A stretch of 32,779 nt of DNA from Candidatus Aminicenantes bacterium (GTDB taxonomy: Bacteria > Acidobacteriota > Aminicenantia > UBA2199): positions 1 through 32,779 of the forward strand of contig JAGLQA010000095.1 in NCBI GenBank assembly GCA_023137075.1, written 5' to 3'. Under the pieces are notes generated by a model that was not told where the DNA came from, made no database searches, and was given only the letters and a program-made list of their open reading frames with translations. Positions within the stretch are counted from its first letter, which is position 1. Each line of letters starts with the position of its first letter. The translations under genes and the position numbers were made by a program. Below, one piece after another: positions 1 to 6,644 of the stretch.

Positions 1-492
1 CCCCGCAACCTGGGCGACGATATGATTAAAGCCCTGGCCCGGAAAAAAGGTCTCATCCAGATCAATTTTTATTCCGCTTTTTTAGATGAAACATACAAAA
101 AAAGATCCGAGGCAGTGGAACGGAGACTCAAACCGCAAATGGAACAACTGAGAGAAAAACATAAAGATAACCGGAATGCATATTGGAATGCCCTTCTATC
201 CCTGTGGAAAAAACACGGTCCCCCCGCTCCTCCGATTGATGTTCTGATCGACCACATTGATCACATTGTCAAACTTGTAGGCGTCGATAATGTGGGATTG
301 GGTTCCGATTATGACGGGGCCGGAAGTTTTCCGCAAGGATTGGAAGATGTCGGTGGTTTCCCGCTCATCACCTACCACTTGCTTAAAAGAGGTTACCGGG
401 AAGAAGATATAAAAAAAATATTAGGTGGAAATTTCTTGCGCTTTTTTGAAGAGGTCATCGCAGTATCAAAAGCTGCAAAACAAATAAAATAG
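1..492 (+). CDS. Membrane dipeptidase (peptidase family M19), C-terminal part; the 5' end lies outside the window
   Basis: Frame 1 is open from nt 1 (PRNLGDD precedes the first Met at 22). GLGSDYDGAGSFPQGLEDVGGFPLITYHLLKRGYREEDIKKILGGNFLRFF matches the conserved C-terminal block of renal-type dipeptidases. Stop TAG at 490-492. Confidence 0.8.
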   Translation, partial: PRNLGDDMIKALARKKGLIQINFYSAFLDETYKKRSEAVERRLKPQMEQLREKHKDNRNAYWNALLSLWKKHGPPAPPIDVLIDHIDHIVKLVGVDNVGLGSDYDGAGSFPQGLEDVGGFPLITYHLLKRGYREEDIKKILGGNFLRFFEEVIAVSKAAKQIK

Positions 493-552
493 CATAATAA
501 AAACTTTTATTTAAAAACCACAGGTTTTTTTATCAAACCGGCAAAAATCCTT

Positions 553-575
553 GTTCATCCGTGGCACAAACAAAG
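553..575. repeat. Copy A of a 23-nt direct repeat, GTTCATCCGTGGCACAAACAAAG
   Basis: 21/23 identical to 1540-1562 in the same orientation. CTTGATA follows 16 nt downstream, where copy B has CTTGACA 12 nt downstream. Confidence 0.9.
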
Positions 576-648
576 CTCGGATGGCGCAAAACTTGATAAA
601 AAAGTTGACATCACGGCAAATATTATATATCCTATAACTGAGGTCAAA

Positions 649-801
649 ATGAAAAATTTTAAATACATTATTTATAAAGAGGGGAAATATTTTGTCTCGC
701 AATGTCTGAATGTGGATATCTCGAGCTTCGGACAGAGTATAGATAAGGCTGTCAAAAATCTTAAAGAGGCATTGGAATTGTATCACGAAAACATTCTATA
801 A
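649..801 (+). CDS. HicB-like (UPF0150) small antitoxin-type protein, 50 aa (below the ORF-track length cut-off)
   Basis: Hand translation gives MKNFKYIIYKEGKYFVSQCLNVDISSFGQSIDKAVKNLKEALELYHENIL, stop TAA 799-801. GAGG lies 5 nt upstream of the ATG. The pattern (Y-x-A/S-x-C..., G-x-S/T-x-D/E-x-A-x-x-N-L-K-E-A-L-E-L-Y) is typical of the HicB N-terminal domain. Confidence 0.55.
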   Translation: MKNFKYIIYKEGKYFVSQCLNVDISSFGQSIDKAVKNLKEALELYHENIL

Positions 802-825
802 TGTTAAAGCAATGAGGAGGTAATC

Positions 826-1122
826 ATGGAAATTGTTATAAAAGACGAGTTAAAAGAAGTTTTTGATAGTACCGGGGTCACTGATATTGCCGCCTTTATC
901 GAGAACGAGGCTATTATGATGCTGTTGACAAAAGAATCGAAGTATCGCACCGAATACAACGTGTTCAAAGATAAATATAAAAGTGAATTTGAAGAATTTG
1001 ATAGAAAAATTAAGGAATCGGGCAAAGAGGATTTCGAAGTTGAAGATGACCTGATGGATTGGGAATTCGCCTACCACGCTTTAAAAAACATAGAAAATAA
1101 AAAAAGGCTGCTCAGTGTTTAA
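826..1122 (+). CDS. Hypothetical 98-aa acidic protein, probable partner of the downstream TumE-like gene
   Basis: Strong RBS (AGGAGG 7 nt upstream of the ATG). Its stop overlaps the start of the next gene by 8 nt. No domain recognised; it is K/E/D-rich and helical-looking. Confidence 0.6.
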   Translation: MEIVIKDELKEVFDSTGVTDIAAFIENEAIMMLLTKESKYRTEYNVFKDKYKSEFEEFDRKIKESGKEDFEVEDDLMDWEFAYHALKNIENKKRLLSV

Positions 1123-1462
1123 TATTCTACAAAAATATAATGGAATAATAAAAAATATCGAGATAAAAGCCTATGAATTTGACGAGAACCAGTTAAGAAT
1201 AAAGGTAGTACTTCGGTTATCGGATAAATCTAAATTAATCATTAAGGATTACAAATTCAGCAATAACAAGCGAAAATATGCATACCATTGGATGGACAGC
1301 CAGGGGAAATTAAAAATCCGCTGGGACAATGCTCCTCATTGGGAAGCCATCAGCACATTCCCCCACCACAAACATGTCGGCAGCACGGAGAACCTTCTTC
1401 ATTCCACAGAAACGGATATTGATTCGGTCCTCAATTATATCGAAAAAATCATCCTGGCTTAG
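1115..1462 (+). CDS. TumE / DUF6516-family toxin-like protein
   Basis: GTG start overlaps the upstream stop. The motif KYAYHWMDSQGKLKIRWDNAPHWEAISTFPHHKH matches the Y-x-YHW...RWDNAPHH...FPHHKH signature I recall for DUF6516/TumE proteins. Confidence 0.6.
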   Translation: MFNILQKYNGIIKNIEIKAYEFDENQLRIKVVLRLSDKSKLIIKDYKFSNNKRKYAYHWMDSQGKLKIRWDNAPHWEAISTFPHHKHVGSTENLLHSTETDIDSVLNYIEKIILA

Positions 1463-1539
1463 GGAAAACAAATAGATTCGTATGTTAAAAAATTAAGTTG
1501 GATATTGCATGGATTTTTTTGCAATCTGTGTACCGTCGT

Positions 1540-1562
1540 GTTAATCCATGGCACAAACAAAG
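1540..1562. repeat. Copy B of the 23-nt direct repeat, GTTAATCCATGGCACAAACAAAG
   Basis: 21/23 identical to 553-575. It lies just upstream of the putative mutase-operon promoter. Confidence 0.9.
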
Positions 1563-1575
1563 GGTGGTTTGGGGC

Positions 1576-1604
1576 TTGACACCCTGTGCTTTTTTTTATA
1601 AGAT
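1576..1604 (+). promoter_or_regulatory. Putative sigma70-type promoter of the mutase operon
   Basis: TTGACA (1576-1581), 17-nt spacer, TAAGAT (1599-1604), about 20 nt upstream of the ATG at 1627. Confidence 0.35.
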
Positions 1605-1626
1605 ATTTTCTAAGGAACAAAAAAAT

Positions 1627-2040
1627 ATGAATGAGAAACGTTCAAACAAAAAAAAGCTCAAGGTATTAATCGCAAAACCCGGATTGGATGGGCATGACAG
1701 GGGAGCAAAAGTAGTGATTCACACCCTGAAAGATGCCGGGATGGACGTGGTATATACCGGGCTTCATAATACCGTTGACGAAATCGTAAAAACAGCTTCG
1801 GACGAAAAGGTCGATGTGATCGGCATGTCAATCTATTCCGGGGCCCATCTCCCGCTGAGCAAAAAATTGATGGGCCTGCTGAAGGAAAAAGGCCTCGACG
1901 ATAAATTGGTCCTGATCGGCGGAAACATTCCCCAGGGAGATAGCGAAGCCCTGAAAAGCTATGGCGTTAACGGGGTCTTTCCCACCGGCGCTAACTTAGA
2001 AGAGATCGTAAAGTTTATTAAAGAGAGGGTAAAAGACTAA
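1627..2040 (+). CDS. Acyl-CoA (methylmalonyl-CoA-type) mutase small subunit, cobalamin-binding domain
   Basis: KVLIAKPGLDGHDRGAKV carries the DxHxxG B12-binding motif, and SxL and GG motifs follow. The start was moved from the track's 1498 to the ATG at 1627 (MNEKRSNKKKLKVLIAK). The upstream part of the ORF covers the promoter and repeat region. Confidence 0.9.
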   Translation: MNEKRSNKKKLKVLIAKPGLDGHDRGAKVVIHTLKDAGMDVVYTGLHNTVDEIVKTASDEKVDVIGMSIYSGAHLPLSKKLMGLLKEKGLDDKLVLIGGNIPQGDSEALKSYGVNGVFPTGANLEEIVKFIKERVKD

Positions 2041-2042
2041 AA

Positions 2043-3692
2043 ATGAGCAATCCGAAAGCGGACGAAATTAAAGAAGTTGTTCTTGAATCGGGCATCCGGG
2101 TAAAACCCGTGTATGGCCCGGGAGACATAAAAGACATAGATTTTGAGAAAGAAATCGGTCTACCCGGCGAATATCCTTTCACCAGGGGAATCCATCCCCT
2201 GATGTACCGGAAACGCCCCTGGACGATGCGCCAGTATTCCGGGTTTGCCGGCGCCGCTGAAACGAACAAGCGGTTCAAGTGGCTGTTAGGCCAGGGGCAA
2301 ACCGCATTGAACGTTGCTTTTGACCTGCCCAGCCAATTGGGTCTGGATTCGGATGATCCGCGAGCAGAAGGAGAAGTCGGCCGGGTGGGAATGGCGATCG
2401 ATACGCTGAAAGACATGGAAGAAGCCTTTGACGGTATCCCCATCGATAAAATCAGCACATCGCTCACGATCAACCCGGTGGCCTCGATAATGATGGCCAT
2501 GTATTTAGTGGCAGCCGAGAAGCACGGTATCCCTCTAGAACAGGTGAGGGGCACCACGCAAAACGATATTTTAAAAGAGTACATCGGCCGGGGAACCTGG
2601 ATCTTTCCGGTGGAACCGTCGATCAGGCTGATCGGTGACATGGTGGAATTCTGTTCTGAAAATGTTCCCAAATTTAATCCCTTCAGTGTCTGCGGTTACC
2701 ACATCCGGGAATCGGGCGCCACCCCGGCCCAGGAGATGGCCTATGCCTTTGAGATCGCCATTGCCTACATCGAGCATATCCTTGAGCGGGGATTGAAGAT
2801 CGATGCCTTTGCCGGCCGGATTGCCTTTAACTTCGACATTCACGGCAACCTGTGGGAACAGGTGGCCAAATTCAGGGCAGGCCGGAGATTGTGGGCGAAA
2901 ATCATCAAAGAACACTTCGGAGCGACGAATCCCCGCTCCATGACCCTGCGCATGATTGCCGGCGGCGGCGGCGGTGGGTTGACCATCGAAGAGCCGGAGA
3001 ATAATATCGTCAGGGGGGCTTACTATGCTTTAATCTCCGCCCTGAGCGGTACACAAACCATGGCCCTTTGTTCCTATGACGAAGCCTACACCATTCCGTC
3101 TAAAAAAGCCGCATTGATTTCGTTGCGGACCATGCAGATATTGGCGGACGAGATGGGGTTGACGGATACGGCGGATCCCGTAGCCGGTTCCTATTACATC
3201 GAATGGCTGACCAAGGAAATAGAAAAGAAAATCGTCGAGCATATGGAAGAGGTCAAAGAGAAAGGCGGTATGATAAAAGCGGTAGAATCGGGCTATATCC
3301 AGGAACAGGTCTCGTACCAGGCTTATCTGTATGAAAAAAAGATTCAATCCGGTGAGATTACAAAAATTGCCGTCAATAAATATATTTCAAAAGATGAAGA
3401 GAATAGGGAAATCGAGTTTCATCCCTATAATACCGGTGCGGCCGGGGAACAGAAAAAACGGCTGCTGGAAGTAAAGGCCGGCCGGAACAGCGGCAAAGTA
3501 AAAGAAGCTTTGGCTGAGTTGAAGAAAGCCGCGCAAACAAAAGAGAACCTGATGCCCTATATTTTGAAAGCTGTCAGGAGTTATGCCACCCTTGGCGAAA
3601 TGACCGGGATTTTCAGAGATGTATTCGGAGAATTCCGTGAACCACACAGCGTGAGCCCCGCAGAAGCGCCCCTGGTTGCCGAAGGTAAGTAA
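2043..3692 (+). CDS. Acyl-CoA mutase large (catalytic) subunit, methylmalonyl-CoA-mutase-like
   Basis: Contains FTRGIHPLMYRKRPWTMRQYSGF, GTTQNDILKEYIGRGTW and CGYHIRESGAT. The Tyr in LMY and the Arg in IGRG are the residues usually used to separate MCM from isobutyryl-CoA mutase. It starts 2 nt after the small-subunit stop. There is an atypical hexaglycine at aa 307-312 (see findings). Confidence 0.88.
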   Translation: MSNPKADEIKEVVLESGIRVKPVYGPGDIKDIDFEKEIGLPGEYPFTRGIHPLMYRKRPWTMRQYSGFAGAAETNKRFKWLLGQGQTALNVAFDLPSQLGLDSDDPRAEGEVGRVGMAIDTLKDMEEAFDGIPIDKISTSLTINPVASIMMAMYLVAAEKHGIPLEQVRGTTQNDILKEYIGRGTWIFPVEPSIRLIGDMVEFCSENVPKFNPFSVCGYHIRESGATPAQEMAYAFEIAIAYIEHILERGLKIDAFAGRIAFNFDIHGNLWEQVAKFRAGRRLWAKIIKEHFGATNPRSMTLRMIAGGGGGGLTIEEPENNIVRGAYYALISALSGTQTMALCSYDEAYTIPSKKAALISLRTMQILADEMGLTDTADPVAGSYYIEWLTKEIEKKIVEHMEEVKEKGGMIKAVESGYIQEQVSYQAYLYEKKIQSGEITKIAVNKYISKDEENREIEFHPYNTGAAGEQKKRLLEVKAGRNSGKVKEALAELKKAAQTKENLMPYILKAVRSYATLGEMTGIFRDVFGEFREPHSVSPAEAPLVAEGK

Positions 3693-3770
3693 AATGATAA
3701 AAAATCAGATAAAACTAAAAGTTAACGTTTCCCGACCAGGACGAACCGGGAATAAGGAGGATTACAACCA

Positions 3771-5720
3771 ATGAAACCTGGAGAAAAGAAATACCCCCAT
3801 ATTTTCCAACCGGGAAATATCGGAAAAATGGAGGTAAAAAACCGCATTAAGTATGCGTCCACCGAGACAAATTTTAATTATGGTGACGGTTTTGTCGCAG
3901 ACAAGGAAGTGGAATATATGGAAGCCCAGGCTCGAGGCGGAGCCGGCATGGTCACCACACAAGGCGCTTACACGGACCCCCGTGGTGAAGGCCAGGGATA
4001 CGTCGGCATGATGGGCATCTGGGATGACAAGTTCATCCCCGGGTTAAAAAAGATAGCCGACGCGATCCATAAACACGACTCCAAAGGAGTACTGCAGTTG
4101 ATGCACTGCGGCCGGGTGGGCGGCATCAACCTGGAATACACGGTCGGACCATCCGGAGTTAAGCAGCGCATCCCCCGGTTCCGGGAACCCGTGGAAATGA
4201 CGATAGACCAAATCAAAACCGCAATCGCAGAGCATATCCAGGGCGCGCGGCGCTGCATTGAAGCCGGTTTTGACGCGGTGGAAATCTCAGGTATTGTCGG
4301 TTACCTGATATCCAATTTTGTTTCCAGCTATACCAATTTGCGTACCGACGAGTACGGCGGATCGGTAGAAGGAAGAGCCAGGTTTATGACCGATATTGTC
4401 AGCGGTATACGCAAGGAAATCGGTCCCGATTACCCGGTTATCATTCGTCTCTGCGCCGATGAACTCCTCAGTGACCGCGGTGGTAATAAACCCGAAGAAT
4501 CGCTGGAAGTGATTAAGCTGGCCGAAAAAGCCGGCGCGGACTGCTTGTCGGTAACTGCCGGCTGGCAGGAATCATCCATCTCGGTAATTTCCCGGGACTG
4601 CCGCATGGGACAGTGGCTCTATTTAGCAAAACGGGTGCGTGAAGCGCTCAAACCGGAAACAAAAGTCTCGATGGCCTACCGGCTGTTCTTACCCGAATAC
4701 CCGGAAGAGGCCATATCGAAAGGCGAGTTGGACTTCTGGGAAATGTGCCGTCCTATGATGGCCGATCCCTTCCTGCCGAATAAAATCCTGGAAGGCCGGC
4801 AGGACGAGATTATCCCCTGTATGGCCTGCAACCTCTGCCTGGCCAGGCTGTTCCGCGATGCCGAGTTAAACTGCATGGTCCGGCCTTCTTTAGGCCACGA
4901 ATCCGAACCGGAATGGGGTTTTTACGGATTCCCCAAAACAGGGCATCCGAAGAAGGTATGGATCATCGGCGCCGGGATCGCCGGGATGCAAGCAGCCGGA
5001 ATAGCCGCCGAAAAAGGGCACAAGGTAACGGTCACTGAGAAGAGCGACCGGGTAGGCGGCCAGGCAGCCACAGCCGCCAAGGGCCCCCATGGCGACGAAG
5101 AATTCATGCGCCTCACCGACTACCTGAAAAGTTATTGTGACCGGGGTAAGGTAACCTTCCAAACGGAAAAAACCGTCACGGAAGAAGATATTAAAAACAG
5201 CGATGCCGATTACATCATCGTTGCCATCGGGGCCGGCCCGAAGAGCGAGCTTCCCGGGGCAGACGGAAAAAATGTGGTCTCCTGCTTAGATGTGATGGAC
5301 GGTAAAGTCGAATACGGCAAGCGCGTGGCTATCCTCGGTTCCGGTGGAGTCGCCATTTCAACGGCCATGTATCTCATTGAGAAAGGCGATTGTGAGATAT
5401 CCTTAGTCCACACCGGTAAGAAGCCCGGGGCCGATGTGAATCCCAGCTACATCTGGCGTTATATGAAGAAGCTCAAGCAAGGGAATGTCAACCGGATCGC
5501 TTTCGCCACACCAAAAGAAATCACCGGCAAAGGCATTCAGGTTGAAACCCCGGAAGGCGAGCAATTGATCGAAGCCGACACGGTTATACTGGCGGATATG
5601 CACCCGGTAAACACGCTTAGCAAAGCCAAAAAGGGCGTGTACACCATTGGCGACGCCATAATTACCCGGCGAGGTAATTCCGCCATCTTAGACGGTTACA
5701 AGATGGGTATGAGGTTATAG
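3771..5720 (+). CDS. OYE-family FMN oxidoreductase fused to an FAD/NAD(P)-binding domain (2,4-dienoyl-CoA reductase / 2-enoate reductase-like)
   Basis: N-terminal OYE block (LQLMHCGRVGG). Fe-S motif CMACNLCLARLFRDAELNC. Rossmann motifs IIGAGIAGMQAA and ILGSGGVA. RBS AGGAGG upstream. Confidence 0.8.
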   Translation: MKPGEKKYPHIFQPGNIGKMEVKNRIKYASTETNFNYGDGFVADKEVEYMEAQARGGAGMVTTQGAYTDPRGEGQGYVGMMGIWDDKFIPGLKKIADAIHKHDSKGVLQLMHCGRVGGINLEYTVGPSGVKQRIPRFREPVEMTIDQIKTAIAEHIQGARRCIEAGFDAVEISGIVGYLISNFVSSYTNLRTDEYGGSVEGRARFMTDIVSGIRKEIGPDYPVIIRLCADELLSDRGGNKPEESLEVIKLAEKAGADCLSVTAGWQESSISVISRDCRMGQWLYLAKRVREALKPETKVSMAYRLFLPEYPEEAISKGELDFWEMCRPMMADPFLPNKILEGRQDEIIPCMACNLCLARLFRDAELNCMVRPSLGHESEPEWGFYGFPKTGHPKKVWIIGAGIAGMQAAGIAAEKGHKVTVTEKSDRVGGQAATAAKGPHGDEEFMRLTDYLKSYCDRGKVTFQTEKTVTEEDIKNSDADYIIVAIGAGPKSELPGADGKNVVSCLDVMDGKVEYGKRVAILGSGGVAISTAMYLIEKGDCEISLVHTGKKPGADVNPSYIWRYMKKLKQGNVNRIAFATPKEITGKGIQVETPEGEQLIEADTVILADMHPVNTLSKAKKGVYTIGDAIITRRGNSAILDGYKMGMRL

Positions 5721-5731
5721 GAGGATAAAAT

Positions 5732-6028
5732 ATGATACCGAAAGTAGATGTGTTTAAATGCGACGGCTGCGGCGTTTGTGTCAAACGCTGTCCCGCCCAT
5801 ATCATGGGCCTGATAAAAAATAAAGCGGCAATCCTGGTCGATTTGTGCGAGGAGTGCGGTATCTGCGCCGAAGTCTGCCCGCTTCATGCCATACATTTCC
5901 GCCTGCCCAACCGGGCGGTTGAGGATATTCATGAGAGCTATATATCTCCCCGGGTAGACCGGCCTACTCCCGGTAATTGGACGGTAGGCGTGTCGCGTGG
6001 ATATGACGGCGAGGGGCATCCCGAATAG
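5732..6028 (+). CDS. 2x[4Fe-4S] ferredoxin-domain protein with a roughly 40-aa C-terminal tail
   Basis: CDGCGVCVKRCP and CEECGICAEVCP motifs. RBS AGGAGG 6 nt upstream. Confidence 0.8.
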   Translation: MIPKVDVFKCDGCGVCVKRCPAHIMGLIKNKAAILVDLCEECGICAEVCPLHAIHFRLPNRAVEDIHESYISPRVDRPTPGNWTVGVSRGYDGEGHPE

Positions 6029-6098
6029 GTTGGATGCATTGTTCCCAAAAGAGTGAACCTGACGCTTTTAGAAAGCGCCAATAATAGGAGGTTAAAAA

Positions 6099-6515
6099 AT
6101 GAAAGTAAATAGAGTCGATCATATTTGCATTGCGGTAAAAAACTTAGATGAAGCCAGGAAAAAATGGGAGCCCATGTTGGGTAAGGAAAAACCCGATGAT
6201 GAGTATATCGACGAACCGGAAAAAATCAAGGTAGCCCGTTATTATCTCGGTGAAGTGGGTTTTGAATTGATGGAATCCACCACCCCGGACGGCGATGTGG
6301 CAAAATTCATCGAGAAGCGCGGCGAAGGCATCATGCTGCTCTCTTTCAATGTGGACAACACCCGTGAAGCAAAAAAAGAGATGGAGGGCAAGGGATATCC
6401 CTTTATCGGCGGCGCCCGGAAATTCCGCGATTGTGAATTTGCTTTTGTACACCCCAAAGCGACCAACGGTGTGTTGTTGGAATACATCGACGATAAAACC
6501 TCGGGAGCCAGGTAG
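6099..6515 (+). CDS. VOC-superfamily protein, methylmalonyl-CoA-epimerase-like
   Basis: VDHICIAVKNLDEA...GFELMES...GVLLEYID resembles the epimerase beta-alpha-beta-beta-beta modules. However, the GxHH(I/M)A block reads GIMLLSF, so one expected His metal ligand is missing. RBS AGGAGG. Confidence 0.55.
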   Translation: MKVNRVDHICIAVKNLDEARKKWEPMLGKEKPDDEYIDEPEKIKVARYYLGEVGFELMESTTPDGDVAKFIEKRGEGIMLLSFNVDNTREAKKEMEGKGYPFIGGARKFRDCEFAFVHPKATNGVLLEYIDDKTSGAR

Positions 6516-6561
6516 CAGCAAGAGCAAGAAGAGAATAAATAATCATTTCAATATAAAGACT

Positions 6562-6570
6562 TGTTATAAT
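6562..6570 (+). promoter_or_regulatory. Extended -10 element (TGtTATAAT), a possible internal promoter for the oxidoreductase gene
   Basis: Exact TGnTATAAT in the AT-rich 129-nt gap before the ATG at 6645. No convincing -35 element. Confidence 0.35.
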
Positions 6571-6644
6571 CAAGAGAAACAATTTTAGTTACAACGTTTT
6601 TTTTAAAAATTACTTCCGGATAAAATAAAAGGTGATGAAGAATC

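Noticed and set aside
553-575. Sigma-54 promoter reading of the TGGCAC core in the duplicated motif
   Set aside because: TGGCAC-N5 is followed by AAGC in copy A and AAGG in copy B, not TTGC(A/T). The -12 element is therefore poor in A and absent in B. I keep it only as a repeat or possible operator.
511-786. 91-aa minus-strand ORF from the track
   Set aside because: It has no RBS and a low-complexity, Phe/Ile-rich translation. It is antisense to the HicB-like ORF (649-801), which has an SD and a recognisable family pattern, and it runs through the promoter/repeat region.
1498-1626. N-terminal extension of the mutase small-subunit ORF (TTG start at 1498)
   Set aside because: The extension covers the 23-nt repeat and the TTGACA/TAAGAT promoter and has no similarity to B12-binding subunits. 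The conserved domain begins right after the ATG at 1627.
2018-2671. Long antisense ORFs inside well-supported genes (2018-2671, 7757-8293, 27514-28026 and similar shorter ones)
   Set aside because: These are shadow ORFs on the strand opposite to genes with unambiguous family signatures (mutase, IOR, 798-aa secreted protein). Their translations are Arg/Ser/Pro-rich and carry no motifs.
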